The notes under the pieces: model-generated
The model's database searches: none
What the model was told of the DNA's origin: nothing
The model's input: the letters and a program-made list of their open reading frames with translations, nothing else
NCBI GenBank assembly: GCA_951406725.2
Contig: OX597814.1
Span: 174,530,001 to 174,594,000 of the forward strand
Length of the DNA stretch: 64,000 nucleotides
Direction: 5' to 3'
DNA from: Octopus vulgaris
Lineage: Eukaryota
Part shown: one piece after another, positions 25,560 to 38,741 of the stretch
How the letters are laid out: the number at the start of each line of letters is the position of its first letter
Numbering within the stretch: position 1 is the stretch's first letter
Translations under genes and position numbers: made by a program

Positions 25560-26255
25560 TTTTAGTACCGATCTTCAAGGAGAAGAGGGATGTGATGAGT
25601 TGTGAGGTGTATAGTGGGGGTGAAGTTTTTGGAGCATGCAGTGAAGATAGTGGCAAGGGTGTTGGAGAGGAGAATTCAGAAAGGGGTGGATGTGGACGAG
25701 ATGCAGTTTCGTTTTATGCCAGGAAGGGGGGGACACTAGATGCAGTGTTCATTGTAAAGAGATTGCAGGAGGAATACTGAGATAAGGAGGGGGAGTTGTA
25801 CATGTGCTTCGTTGATCTGGAAAAGGCATTTCATAGGGTTCCAAGGAAGGTGATTGTGGAAGAGATGTGTACTAGAGGTAATAGTGATGAGTTTATATGA
25901 TGGAGTAAAGATGAGCTAGAATTGGATCGGAGCTGTCGGAGGAGCTTGCAATGAAAGTTGGTGTGCATCAGGGATCTGTGTTGTCACCGTTGTTGTTTGC
26001 AATAGTGGTTGATGTGACGGAGAGTGCAAGAGTGATTGGAGATATTGTATGCGGATGACCTTGTTCTGATGAGGGATTCAGGGAGAAGTTTTGGAAATGG
26101 AAGGAGTTGTTTGAAAGCAAGGGTTTGAAGGTAAACCTCGGGAAGACAAATGTGATGGTGAATGGGGTGGAAGAAGTGTTAGGTGGGTCCATGTGGTGTA
26201 TGTGGGAGGAGGGTCATGGTAAATGCAGTATTGTGTACAAGGTGTGAGAAATGGA
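25560..26255 (+). pseudogene. Degenerate RTE-clade LINE reverse transcriptase fragment
   Basis: VPIFKEKRDV, MQFRFMPGRG, DAVFIVKRLQEEY, MCFVDLEKAF, VGVHQGSVLSPLLF, LYADDLVL, GLKVNLGKT, with frameshifts. Confidence 0.85.
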
Positions 26256-26547
26256 GGCAATCTTACGGTTCTAGTATATTTTACGTCAACTGACCACGTG
26301 TATTTGTTTATATATGATCCTCGATTTCCGTAAAAAACTTTTAGTTTTTTACATTTATTTTTTTACATATGGGGTTGGGGGGAAATGGGATCTTTAGGGT
26401 TTGGGGTTAGGGTTAGGACCCTAAGATCCCATTTCCCCCCAACCCCATATGTAAAAAAATAAAAGTTTTTGACGGAAATCGACGATCATATATAAACAAA
26501 TACACGTGGTCAGTTGACGTAAAATATACTAGAACCGTAAGATTGCC
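26256..26547. mobile_element. Palindromic MITE with TTAGGG repeats in its loop, inserted in the RTE fragment
   Basis: ggcaatcttacggttctagtatattttacgtcaactgaccacgtg is mirrored at the right end. ttagggtttggggttagggttagg at ~26394-26417. Confidence 0.85.
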
Positions 26548-26662
26548 GGTACATTAACCAAATGACTTTAGTTATGTAATGTGGCCATGGTTTTAAGTTA
26601 TGTTGTCAAAGACAAATCAGCTGCATTATCCCGCCAATTTCGGGAAAATAATTGATACTCAG

Positions 26663-27030
26663 TCGAGCAGCCTGTTCTGATACTTACTGAACTCCATACA
26701 TTAAAAAGACTGTCTCACACATATACACAAACACAAAACACTGAACAAAAACGTAGCGTCTTTTCATTTGTTGGGAGTAGCAAAGATGTGAAATATCGCA
26801 ACATGCAAGGAGAAAAACGAAGAAATGTAAATTACACTTACCCATTGATGAAAGAAAATTTTAAAGAATATAAAAGAAAATTATTTATACAAAATGATTT
26901 ATAGATATACAAACACATCTTTCAATGTATGTGTGTGTTTATTTTTATGTGTATACGTTCCAATGTGTGTGTATGCACGCGTCATTGTCTTTCAGTGTAC
27001 TGCGTTCAGTATCAGAACAGGCCTGCTCGA
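26663..27030. mobile_element. MITE with ~22-bp TIR
   Basis: tcgagcagcctgttctgatact / agtatcagaacaggcctgctcga. Confidence 0.65.
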
Positions 27031-27059
27031 ATGAGAGACCGGAGAAGATAGAAGCTGTA

Positions 27060-28342
27060 TCGAGATGGCTTGCCAATTATTCATCATATTTACTGATTAG
27101 ATATAAGAGTTCTTTATACTTTCCACGATTCTCCAGATTCAAAATGACCCTGAAATGATAAATCCTGACGACCTAAAAAAATAACCACATCGATCAATCG
27201 TTGCAGAATGGATCTGTTGCGTCTAACTTCCTCATGATGTTGTATGCTCTGTTTTTTACACGCATTTAATTGTAAGTGTATGCGAACATTCCCGAATATT
27301 TTAAGATCTATCAAGGGTCTTATATGCCTTTGAGAACATTCATGTTTTAGCATAGCCATATATAAATTATTTAAATCATCATTACCGTTATCATTCCAAA
27401 TAGTTTTTTGTAAACAAAACGACACGTATGGCCAGCAGAATAGCTTATTTAGCGTAGCACTACCAGTTAACCATTTTTTCCCCTTTTCATACAAATTAAC
27501 CTGAAATTGTCTCCTGAATTTCTTGCTGTAGCTTCGCAAATCAGGCAATTTCGGTGTTGGTCAACTGCCATTTATAATTGTTTCCCTTCAAAGTCTTTTT
27601 CTTTCTTTTTTTCTGAAAAACTATTTTTTCAAAATTTCTTCTATAACACAAATTTCAAATATTTCGAAAATCCTAGAGATCTTACGAAAGTAATAGTGCC
27701 TGTGTGTGTGAATTGCAAATCAGTTTCAACAAAACGGAAAGATAATTTTAGTAAATCGTCAAAAGATTCATAAGCTATATATTATTTCTGATTTCAGAAT
27801 TTTTGAAATTTTGTTCAATACAAGAGGATGGTTAATGATGATAATTTCAAAACCTAAGACAGAGCGAAATAGATATTCCCACGTCACGGCAACATTTGAG
27901 CTGACTAATCAAGAATTATGGGATTATTGATATGTTTTGTTGGGTCAAAAAGTCGAACCCATTCAACCATTGAGCCTGTCGCGTTAGCAACATCAATTAC
28001 AAAGAATTGTTGACAAAGAAGAACTGATAGAAAGGGAGGGGAGAAGCCAAAGCTGTAACATTCATTTTTCCCAAAGTATGCCTTTCGTAGTTATTTTATT
28101 GAGATAAAGAATCTTACAGGCATTGATTTTACAGATAGGCAGGAGAGAAATGATAGTTATTGAAAGATAAAAAGGGGAGGACAAAATATTTCATATGCGT
28201 TTTTCTTTAAGCATGCCTAGAGGAAGCAAAATAGAACATGTAAATACAGCAAAGTATCGAATTTGGATGGATGGGTTTCCTTTGAAACAAAGTAACTATT
28301 TTATGCAGTGCATGACTTGCATGTCTTAACTGCACGCCACTG
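27060..28342 (-). mobile_element. hAT DNA transposon remnant (TTF-type zinc finger / DUF4371-like transposase N-terminus)
   Basis: ORF 27114-27548: WLTGS..NKLFCWP..KHECSQRH..RNRSILQRLIDVVIFLGRQDLSFQGH.ES. Minus-strand terminus CAGTGGCGTGCAGT at 28342. Confidence 0.8.
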
Positions 28343-29169
28343 TTGTATAGACTACCAACATGTAATGATGTGAAAATAGTTTACTTAAAATTCAACAAGA
28401 TTCAAACATCAAGATATTGTATACCATGTGAACTATCCCAAGTCATAGTTAAGGCCTTTTTGACAAAAAAAAAAACTGGCTAATGCCTCAAATTTTGTAG
28501 AGAAAAGGAATAAAATTGTATAATCCTCTTGTCACTTTCAAGGTGAATTGGAATTCCTGTATTATTTATGAAATTAATTACAGAAAATTTCTTTCTCTAC
28601 ATACAAAGAAATTTGCTTGACACTTGATTTTGCTTCTTAACTAGAAAAGAAATAGTAATAATTAAATATAAAGGTTGACATTTTCTGAGACAAAATTGAG
28701 TCTTGTATAACTTTCAAGTAAATACTTTGGTCTGTTTCATATTTTATTTCAAATTACATTATATTGTTGGTATGTAAACTATTTGCCATAAATAGTGATA
28801 AATTACTAACTTCTTTTTAATTAACATTGTTACTCTCAAGTTGTTTGAATTTTTTTCTATAATAGTAATATGAAGGCACTTACATCATTTATAATTTTTT
28901 TTAGTTGGCTTTTTTTCTAGTTTTCCATTCACTATTTTAAAGAGAAAATATGACTTGCTCAAGTAAACATTTTCAACATGTTGCATGTAGGATGACTAAA
29001 TCAAATAAGGGAATCTTTAGTGAGCAATGTTTAATATTAGTTTTAAGGTACTTTTATTGTACTATATGTGTTTGTAACTTGATGTGCACTATTATTTTTA
29101 TGATTGCTAAATCAAATGAATGGAAAGAATTTCATAACAGGCCCATATTAGCAGTTTAGTAAAATTATT

Positions 29170-30290
29170 TATGAAATTGCAGGCCATCATTGGATGTATC
29201 ATTCATTATCTATGGTCATGGATGTAAGGTAATGACCACAAAAGTATAGTCATGAATACACGCAGCCTAAATGGGATTCTTCTAAAGGGTTTCTGGAGTA
29301 ACATTACTTGACAGGGTGCATAGTTCAAAGATTAGGTCAAGCCACTAATCTGCATTGAGAGGTCAGTGTTCTGGTATTATAGATATGTGATTAAAATGTT
29401 GCAGGAAAGAATTGTAATATGGATCCTTTAAGCCAAAGCAACTGGTCAGAGACCTAGGGGTAAACCAAAAATTAAATGATTGGATAATATCCATAGTCTC
29501 AGTTGGTTACACTTGGGAATCCAGTAGGAAAGTGTAATGATGGTTGCTTCTAATATGTAGAGGTGGTGCCTGAGGACACTATCCCTCCCAGGAATAGTGG
29601 GTAGAGAAAATGAATAGATGGATGGTTATAGGCTTAAATTCTAGTCCATTCATTGTTCAATTATAAAGAAGCCACTGTTTAGCTCCCATGATTTCTTTGC
29701 AACTTTTTTAGTTTTAGTTCACTTTTCTCTCCTACAACTGCTTGTGATAATAAGTGAAGACTATTTTTTTCTTTGCTGGATCTGAAGAAAGGGGCAGAAA
29801 CCATTGCCTTTGCAGACCAGTGAAATTGATGCCATTAATGTTCCTCTGAAACCTTTAAGTCAACATTTATGGGAAAGACATGACCAAGGAAGGCCGAGCT
29901 TCTAAGAAGAAAGGTAAGTATAGTGATAGTTTGTGGTTTGATGGTGAGGTTGGACATATCTAGGCAAGTGGTATGAGAATGCCTTATAGGGGTGACTTGA
30001 GTCCAGCTAGCTTTAAGGAGAAGAGGTCCTTCTAGTAGCAGTAGAAAAGCCAGAAGCAATATACGGTATGTTTATGGACCAGAGACAGGCATATCTGTGA
30101 GTGACTTAGTGTAATTCAGTTATGGGGTCCTTTTCTGGATGCACTCTAAGTTTTGTGTGTGTGTGTGTGTGTAGCAACACTGTCTCAGATGTGAAAGCAA
30201 TACTCCCTTGTGGACTCACCTAATCATTTTGAAGCATCAGTAATTGGTGGGTGCTGAAGTATACACAAGTATGTATCTGTATTGAAACTG
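29170..30290 (-). pseudogene. Highly degenerate LINE fragment (endonuclease/linker region)
   Basis: GC-richer, coding-like stretch with many stops. Only weak motif resemblance. Confidence 0.3.
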
Positions 30291-31597
30291 ATTTGCATAA
30301 TGACATGACACTTATGTTCATACAATAATTACATTATCAGTAAAGCTCATGTTTGAATGAATAAATTTTCTTACATTATAATTACTTGAGTATCAGTGTA
30401 TCATTCTGAATTAAACCAGAAGGATACTTAAGAAAATTAAAATTAAGCCTACTCTACAAAGTAGCATAGTTATATTACTTTAGTTAGTTTCCCTTTGCTT
30501 CAGCATGTCTGTAGGTTCTGGTAGTGGTCACAATAGGCAAAAAACAAGAGACATTATCAATGACAAATGTAGTAATTGTTCATAAACAAGCTCAAAGAGA
30601 CCTATAATAATAGATGCTACAGTAGTTCTTTTTTTCTTTAAGATGATATATCATTTGAAAGAAACTTAGCTGCTTTTTCTAGCAAATTGTAGTAGAGAAC
30701 ACTTGAATAACCCTTTTGAGATATGGTGTTTTGGTATGTGTAGCCAAAAAGACCAAAACAGTTTGCTATTGAGATACATCTACAGAAAGACGATCACTGA
30801 TCAGCTATTACACTTCAAGACCAACCATTCACAACATTTGTTCCATTGGGCAAATAGATCGGCCTCAAAGTCCTTTCATCTTGTATCACTTGGGCCAGTC
30901 AATCAGCCTGGGTGTCCCAAGAGGGTTAAAGTACTGTACAGTGGCATCAAACCCAGAATTATGGTTGCAAAGTAAACTTCTTAAACATACAGCTATACCT
31001 GCATCTAAGTATATATAGATAAATACCAAGTTAGTCGATTAGAAGGAATTCAAAATGAGTGTGTGGGTAAAGTTTGGCAGAATGAAGTTATGAGAAAAAC
31101 AAAATTAAATATCAATAGTTTGTCAAAATCTTATTTGTATAATCTCAGCTGCAACAGAAATGCAGTGAAAGTTACCATTTTAATACACAGCCATAGAAAC
31201 CATACCACAATAGACAATTGGAGTCTAGCTAGCTTCATGTCAAACCGTCCAATTTATGCCAGCATGGAAAACGGACATTAAACGATAATGATATCCACTT
31301 CTACACTTTGGTAACTGAAATAATGGGTCTTATTCTGCCTAACTTGCACATAGATTTCCCTATCACACTTGTCACCAGAAATGAAGTGGGCCAGTAATTC
31401 TTTCTGGAAACCTTTAATGATATTACTTACAAAACAACCCCAACTCCCAAAATTGATTGCATTAAACTCTCCAGTCTAAGAGGTACACTCTAAAAAGGTC
31501 GTGTAGAAACACTTGTTTTTCTTGGCTGCATAAAAATATATTTAAAGAAAACTTTTCCCGGATATATGATTTCTTTTGTTAATCACTAACTTTTTTC

Positions 31598-31820
31598 TGT
31601 GAGGTATACTTGCCATCTCAATATGGCTAACCACTAAGGGTGGGTGTTACTGTAGCTTGTAGCCCCAGGAGAGCATTGTCTCCAGCTGGCTATAGGCACC
31701 CTTTCTGTGCCCTAAAGTGTGCCTATAGCCAGCTGGAGACGTTGCTCTCCCGGGGCTACAAGCTACAGTAACACCCACCCTTAGTGGTTAGCCATATTGA
31801 TATGGCAAGTTTACCTCACA
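31598..31820. mobile_element. Near-perfect palindromic insertion with 12-bp TSD (Penelope-like)
   Basis: About 100-bp arms. TAACTTTTTTCT at 31587-31598 and 31822-31833. Confidence 0.75.
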
Positions 31821-33239
31821 TTAACTTTTTTCTATTTCTCATAAATGCATGTTTGCTGATTTTGCCTCCATTTTTCTTTCATGTAAGGGAAAGAAGTATT
31901 TAAAGTGAAATTTTTTTTTGTCAAGAGACTTAAATTTTAAATTCTATTGTATAAAGATTACATTTTATTTAATATTTCTTCAATATTTATAAACCAGCTG
32001 TTTCTACATATTTGAACTTCATCAGTATAGAACACCAGATAGTCAATTCATTGTTATTTACATGGAACAATTTCCATACCATCTGAATTTTTGCCTAACA
32101 CAGACTGCAAACACATTCAGCATGAACAAAGAAACAGAACTAGTAGTCTGATCGTATATACATTTAAGCAAACACTATTGTATATTTCTGGTCATATGAA
32201 TTAGAAGAAAGACGGCATTCTTCAGATTACAATTCTTTGAAAGAATGGAGGCGTATAATGTTCTCTGCTTTTACCAACACTATACTTATGCACTAAGTGT
32301 ATCAGTAGTGAAATTAACCGCACTTTAAATTTTACATTCCCATATCAATGTAAATTTCAGAAAATTACTACTTATTTGACAAAATTAACTCAACTGCTGC
32401 TCACATTTTCTAACTACAGCTAGAATTTTGATGATTTACAACTCCTACATGGTTAACATGTAATTCTAAATCGTAACTAGACTACTTGGTCAATTATCCA
32501 ATTGTTACTACAGTTTTCTGGTAACAGCTGTTGTGTATTGATCAAAGATGTTAACAGCAAAAACTGCAAAGACAAGAAAACGACTCTGCATTTAACAGTC
32601 AAGTGAGCTCTTAACAGGAGGGAAAAAAAACAAAACAGTTATTTAAATTCCAGTCAGTCCTGATCAAGCAGACCTTATAAGCAGGCATTTTAACTGTGAC
32701 CATCAGATCATTTTCTGGCAGTATATCTAAAACTATTTCATCCAACCTGGTCGATCTTTCTTTTACTTTGTAACATTGATCGAGTAGATTTTAGGAATAT
32801 ATAACTGATAGATTGAGTGACAATGAAGAGATTATTTCATTGGCTTGAATGAAAGGATCTGCCTACCTCACTCTCTCTATATTTTATACATACATTTACA
32901 CACACACACTCACACAGCTAAATATTAAATCTATATAGACATATATGGGGAGGAAAATATTAAAGTACATAATTTTTTTCAACAAAATCATGAGTTTAAA
33001 CCTTGTTATATTCCTAAGAGTGTAGTGTTAGACTGTGTCACTACCTTCAAAGTTGTTTTAGTTGATTATATCAACCCTAGTACATTGTCAAGTACTTATT
33101 TTATCAACCTTACATGAGGAAAAAGTTAAAGTTGATATGAAGCAATGGGATGTAACTGTACTGGAGCAAAACAAAAACCATCATTTCATTTGTTTGATGC
33201 ATTGGTTCTTCTAATCTAGTCAGATCTTTCATAATATGT

Positions 33240-33637
33240 AGGCGCAGGAGTGGCTGTGAGGTAAGTAGCTTCCTTACCAACCACATGGTTCTGGGTTCAG
33301 TCCCACTGCATGGCACCTTGGGCAAGTGTCTTCTACTATAGCCTCGGGCCGACCAAAACCTTGTGAGTAGATTTGGTAGATGGAAACTGAAAGAAGCCCG
33401 TCGTATATATATATATATATATATATGAGTGTGTGTCTGTGTTTGTCCCTCACCAACATCGCTTGACAACTGATGCTGGTGTGTTTACATCCCCATAACT
33501 TAGCGGTTCAGCAAAAGAGACTGATAGAATAAGTACTAGGCTTACAAAGAATAAGTCCTGGGGTCGATTTGTTCAACTAAAAGGTGGTACTCCAGCATGG
33601 CTGCAGTCAAATGACTGAAACAAGTAAAAGAGTAAAA
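33240..33637 (+). mobile_element. SINE family A, full length
   Basis: aggcgcaggagtggctgtg head to gactgaaacaagtaaaagagtaaaa tail. Confidence 0.9.
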
Positions 33638-33875
33638 ATATATTATTAACAGGATTTGTTTTGATAACTGTTGTACAATTGTTTCCAAAATTGATATTTA
33701 AAAAATAAATACCTATCAATTCCTCAGTAACTGAAATCTAAATGTTTAAAATTAGTAAAAATGTAGTGTTCTTTGTTACAAGTTGAAGAACAACAATACT
33801 GTTTTATTTATATGTAAATATATTAGCAGAGCCAATACTCTGCATATCACAGTAACAAGCTACTGGATCAGCCAG

Positions 33876-34021
33876 TTTCTGTCAACCAAATCCACTCACA
33901 AGGCTTTGGTCAGCCGAGGCTATAGTAGAAGACACTTGCCCAAGGTGTCATGCAGTGGGACTGAACCCGGAACCATGTGGTTGGTAAGCAAGCTACTTAC
34001 CACACAGCCACTCCTGCACCT
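33876..34021 (-). mobile_element. SINE family A, head fragment
   Basis: Matches 18860-19014. Confidence 0.85.
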
Positions 34022-36896
34022 ATATATTAAGTACTTTTTCATTTGAATACCAACATTGTGTGTGTGTGTATGTATCTGCATGTATGTGTATATGTGTGTG
34101 CATGTATATGTATGTGTTTGTATATACATAGACATACACATTACATACAAGCATGCATACATGGTTGCTGTCAACTCATATATCAGTGTAGCCATCACTG
34201 ACAAATCAATGTCTACACTAAATTTTAGGTCTAATAAGGCTTACACATCACCTTATTGACCCTCTCCACCCTACTGACATGATCCAAAGACAAGCTGAGG
34301 CAAGATATCTAATGTCAATATGATTTGCAGGCTCAAGAACATCTTCAGCATCAAGAACAATCTTCAGCATCAGCAAAAGATCCCCAAAATAACTAATGCC
34401 ATTCCTTGCACACTGTTTTCTATCAGTGACTTTCTCCTAGAGACATGCTTTAATAAAAGCTGAGGGATGCCTCACTCCCAGTGGTTTTCCAGCATACAGG
34501 GATACCAATCCAGAATTTCTTGATTGCTTATACTATTACCAGATAGCTGTTGGACCTACATTGGGTTCATCCATCCTCTTGACAGGCCTTTTTTTTAACA
34601 ACCTTCCTCACCAGGTTAGCCAGGTGGGGGTGCCAGATTAGTTGCTCATGATCACAAAGACACTTCTTTGTGATCACTAAACCACCAAAAAGCTGCAGGC
34701 AAATCTCTTCAAACCATAACCAATGCAATCAAATGAGGCATTTACACCAGGGAGGATTCAAGAAACCATTCAATATAATAACTTCAGCCCAAATATATTG
34801 GTTAGTAGATTTAACCCTTTAGCATTTAAATCAGCCATATCCAGTCAAAATATTTTACCTGTTTTATTTTCAAACCAACTAGATTTGGCATCTTGCACCT
34901 ACCCTACAATGCCATTCTAAAAGTAAACAATTTTAATATCAAAATCTTGAAGTTATAAAATTATGTATGATTAATTTCAAAGCAATGAATAAATAAACTT
35001 TATATTTGATAGAATAATCCGAATGCTTTAGGATTAATTTATCATTTGATTTAACACCACCACCTGATTCTGTGTATCTTTAGCTGAGCCTACTCTGTTG
35101 CAAGCATTCAGACCAGGTCTCCCATTTGAGGATGCCTTCTTTCTCTCTCTCTCTCTTGTCCTAGGGCTCTGTAAAAGAGTCATGAGCACTGCCTTTCCTT
35201 TCTGACTGAAAGATTTTAAAAAAAATACATTTACCTGACAAAAAAATAACCCTCATTTTGTAAATTGTCTAGAAACATCTGATTGGAAGTGACTCAGTGT
35301 GGAAACAAGAAATGCATGAAAAGTCAACATGTTATTATATACCTAACATGAATAAAAATAAATATTTATTTCCAGTATAATATCAAGGGGTTATTATAGG
35401 CTGGCAGAGTTGATAGTTTTGGAGAGAATGCTTAGTGGTATTTTGTTGCACCAGTTTGTGTTCTGAGTTCAAATCTTGCAGAAGTCAACTTTGCCTTCCA
35501 TCCTTTTGGGGTTGACAAAAATAAAGTACTGATCAAGTATTGACTTGATGGTATTGACTAACAATCTCCCTGTAAAATCATTGGCCTTGTGTCTAAATTA
35601 GAAAATTATTTCACCAATAGGTGTAATCTTTGACATAGGCACATGGCCACACATATTGGGGGAAAGTGAACAACAGTTGAGTAAGTGTAACCCTACTTCT
35701 TGGCTGGTACATATCATCCCCAGAAGGATATAAGGCAAAGCTGACCTAGGTAGGATTTCAACTTGATTCACAAACAGCCAGAATGAATATGCAAAGCCAT
35801 CTGACATGAATGATAATGATTTCAAACTTTGATGCAAGCCTACAGTACCAGTGATAAGATGAACTCTCAACTCCCCAGGCAAACAACTGATACCTTATCT
35901 TACAAATTGTGATCATACCATTTTAACATCTGTTTTTGTAGCCTTTATTGAAAAAGTTTATATATCATCTCCAAAATGAGTCACTACCCTGTCTCATCTC
36001 AACAGAGAAGCTTAATGTTCTCAGGTCTAATTTAATTGCTTCATTTGCAAAACCATCCTTGAGCTGCTTCTGCTATGTATACCATCTTGTAAATATTTCT
36101 TTTTTAATTGTATGCATTTGTTAGTAGTAGCATTTTACATAACATGTTCATACCGACGCCGTTATATCGTGACTGCTCATAATTTATTAGTCTTCTATTT
36201 TCAGCTGTTTTCTTGATAAATGTGTTTATGAGAAGCCAGCATTAAAACAACTTTTAGATGGCTATTGGCTATGATGGCTGTGTTGATTATAATGTATAAC
36301 ACAGGGTAACGCTGGCCTTAATACATAATACATAATGTTGTATAGTGAAGCTTGATGACAACAGAAAAGCTCAGTACACAGCACATGTTCAAGATTATGT
36401 TTCATTATGCTACTGTGAGTTAATCAATAATCTCTAGATATTTTCCACAAAACTATTGATTATAATGATGATGATAGTCATGAAATATTAATAATTTGGT
36501 AGATTTCTGTAAATAATATTTTGCTTTCTTTGTTTGTTTCCTTCTGTGACATAGTATCTATCATCATCATCATCATCATTGTTTTAATAATCACTCTTCC
36601 ATGCAGACATAGGTTGAATGAGAGAAAAATCATCATTCACCTCAATCTGTGTTATGTCACTTGTGGGGCTCTAACATCTTGAGATCAGTCCCCAATGCCT
36701 CCCTCTGTGCTTTCCTCTATCATGATGTTGAATATGAGTAAAAGAAAATATTAATTTCTGAATTTAAAACTTATAATGGGCAAAAAAGAATTTTTTAGTC
36801 TTGACAGAATACCTCTCTAGTGCCAGTGACATGATAAAAAGCACCTAGTCTCCACTGAAAAGCAGTTAGTGGGAGGAAGAGCATTCTGCTGTAAAT

Positions 36897-37067
36897 ATCT
36901 ATTTCTTTACTACCCACAAGGGGCTAAACACAGAGAGGACAAACAAAGACAGATACACGGATTAAGTCGATTATATCGACCCCAGAGCGTAACTGGTACT
37001 TATTTAATCGACCCTGAAAGGATGAAAGGCAAAGTCAACCTCGGCGGAGTTTGAACTCAGAACGTAA
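36897..37067 (-). mobile_element. SINE family B
   Basis: Reverse complement of the 43697 copy. Its separated head piece is at ~37283-37316. Confidence 0.85.
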
Positions 37068-37605
37068 AGGTTTAGTCCTAGATAAACTTTGATTGGATGG
37101 TCAAGGGTGGAACATCTTCCATCATTGATTTGTGCAATTAAAGACGACAAAAGGCCAAGCAATAACAATGCCTTATTACAGTAATGATAAAAGGATAACA
37201 AAGCCTCTCAATATGGTCGCTAGAAATAGCAGCCAAATCCCCAAGTTAAGGAATGATAAACATACACAAGAGACATATAAAGACGAAATACGGCTACGCA
37301 TTTCGCCCGGTGTGCTGTAAATACCATCGCCAAAAAAGTAAAAGATATTTAACTATAAAGATTAGCAGTTTCCTCTGCTATTGTAAATATCAAATGATGG
37401 ACCATGACAGTTGGTAAGACATTGTACTAGAATAAAAAGAAATGAGCATCAAACAGCTATTGTTATTGCCAAATTTAGTTACGTTTGTAAAAAACGTAAA
37501 TAAATTATTTAGCACAAAGTTTAAAGTGTAGCTTCTATTCTGGCCCTTATGATGCTATCACTACTGTTTTTCACCTGCTGATATAACTATAACTGTTACT
37601 TTAAA

Positions 37606-37907
37606 TTATGGAGATGTACTTACATAGCAAGTGACCTGATCTGAGATTGTGTGCTGGAATGAAAACAATTGCAGCGTGGAAGGTGCTTATAAGCCATTTA
37701 AGAAACACACAAAATCCGTTAGATTCATTTCAACATTTAAATTTAATTTGTCAAAATATTTTCGTCGCTTTGAGACCGCAACCTGTTCACTGCCTAAATT
37801 CCATGCATCTGCATGGAATTTTGTTAGTGAACAGGTCATGGTTGAAGTGAATCTAACGGATTTTGTGTGTTTCTTAAATGGCTTATAAACACCTTCCATG
37901 CTGCAAT
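37606..37907 (-). mobile_element. Fold-back Penelope-like insertion with G3:C8 hammerhead variant, 12-bp TSD
   Basis: TGTTACTTTAAA at 37594-37605 and 37908-37919. Inverted arms. Minus strand reads GTGAACA-G-GTTGC-ggtctcaaa-GCGAC-GAAA-ATAT-TT-TGACAAA. Confidence 0.7.
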
Positions 37908-38154
37908 TGTTACTTTAAAACACCCAGATTAATTAATATTAATTGTTAACATTATTTCCTTAGGAGTAGTATTATTGAAATAATGAATTTTGGTGCACTG
38001 ACTGTTTTTACTGTAAAAATTTTGCAGTTTCTTGATATGGCTGAATTTTATCTTACTGATTTCTATCGAATTTGGTAATTTGGAAACTTGTAATATTCTT
38101 TTTGTATGTTAGACACATATTTTTGAAAAGTTAAGCATAATTTTGGACACACAT

Positions 38155-38390
38155 GATCATCATCATCGTTTAACGTCCGTTTTCCATGCTAGCATGGGTT
38201 GGACGGTTCGACTGGGGTCTGGGAAGCCAGAAGGCTGCACCAGGCTCCAGTCTGATCTGGCAGTGTTTCTACAGCTGGATGCCCTTCCTAATGCCAACCA
38301 CTCCGTGAGTGTAGTGGGTGCTTTTTACGTGCCACTGGCACAGGTGCCAGGCGAGGCTGGCAACGGCTACGATCGGATTGGTGCTTTTTA
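38155..38390 (-). mobile_element. SINE family C
   Basis: Near-identical to 1546-1775. Confidence 0.8.
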
Positions 38391-38398
38391 TTTCTAAA

Positions 38399-38741
38399 CT
38401 AGCAGTATTGCCCGGCGTTGCTCGGGTTTGTTTTCTTTTCGACCCTTTAGAATTGGAATTTTTGAAAAGTAAAAATTTTGCATTATGTAGCTTGTTATTC
38501 TCTTTAAGTGAACATTTTTCTGGTTGAAATACACCGAAAAATGGCGATTTGATGTAAATAATTTTTTATCTTAACATGGTCCGATTTGAACTTTTTCTTC
38601 TATGGAATAAAGAGCAAGCTTTCTTCTATCATACTCTCAATTTTGGTCAACTTGTGCCGCAGGGTCTCAGAGGAGATAGTGTTAGTTGAAGGCTACCAAA
38701 CCTACCATACACAGACAACTACAGCTTTATATATAAAGAGA
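38399..38741 (-). mobile_element. Non-autonomous Helitron
   Basis: Minus strand: A|TC..TATATATAAAG start, 3' hairpin CCCGAGCAACGCCGGG, CTAG|T end. Same family as 54630. Confidence 0.85.

Noticed and set aside
31620-31700. Twister, HDV-like or SECIS fold in the palindrome motif
   Set aside because: I could not fit the conserved nucleotides of these families by eye. Left as an unknown motif.
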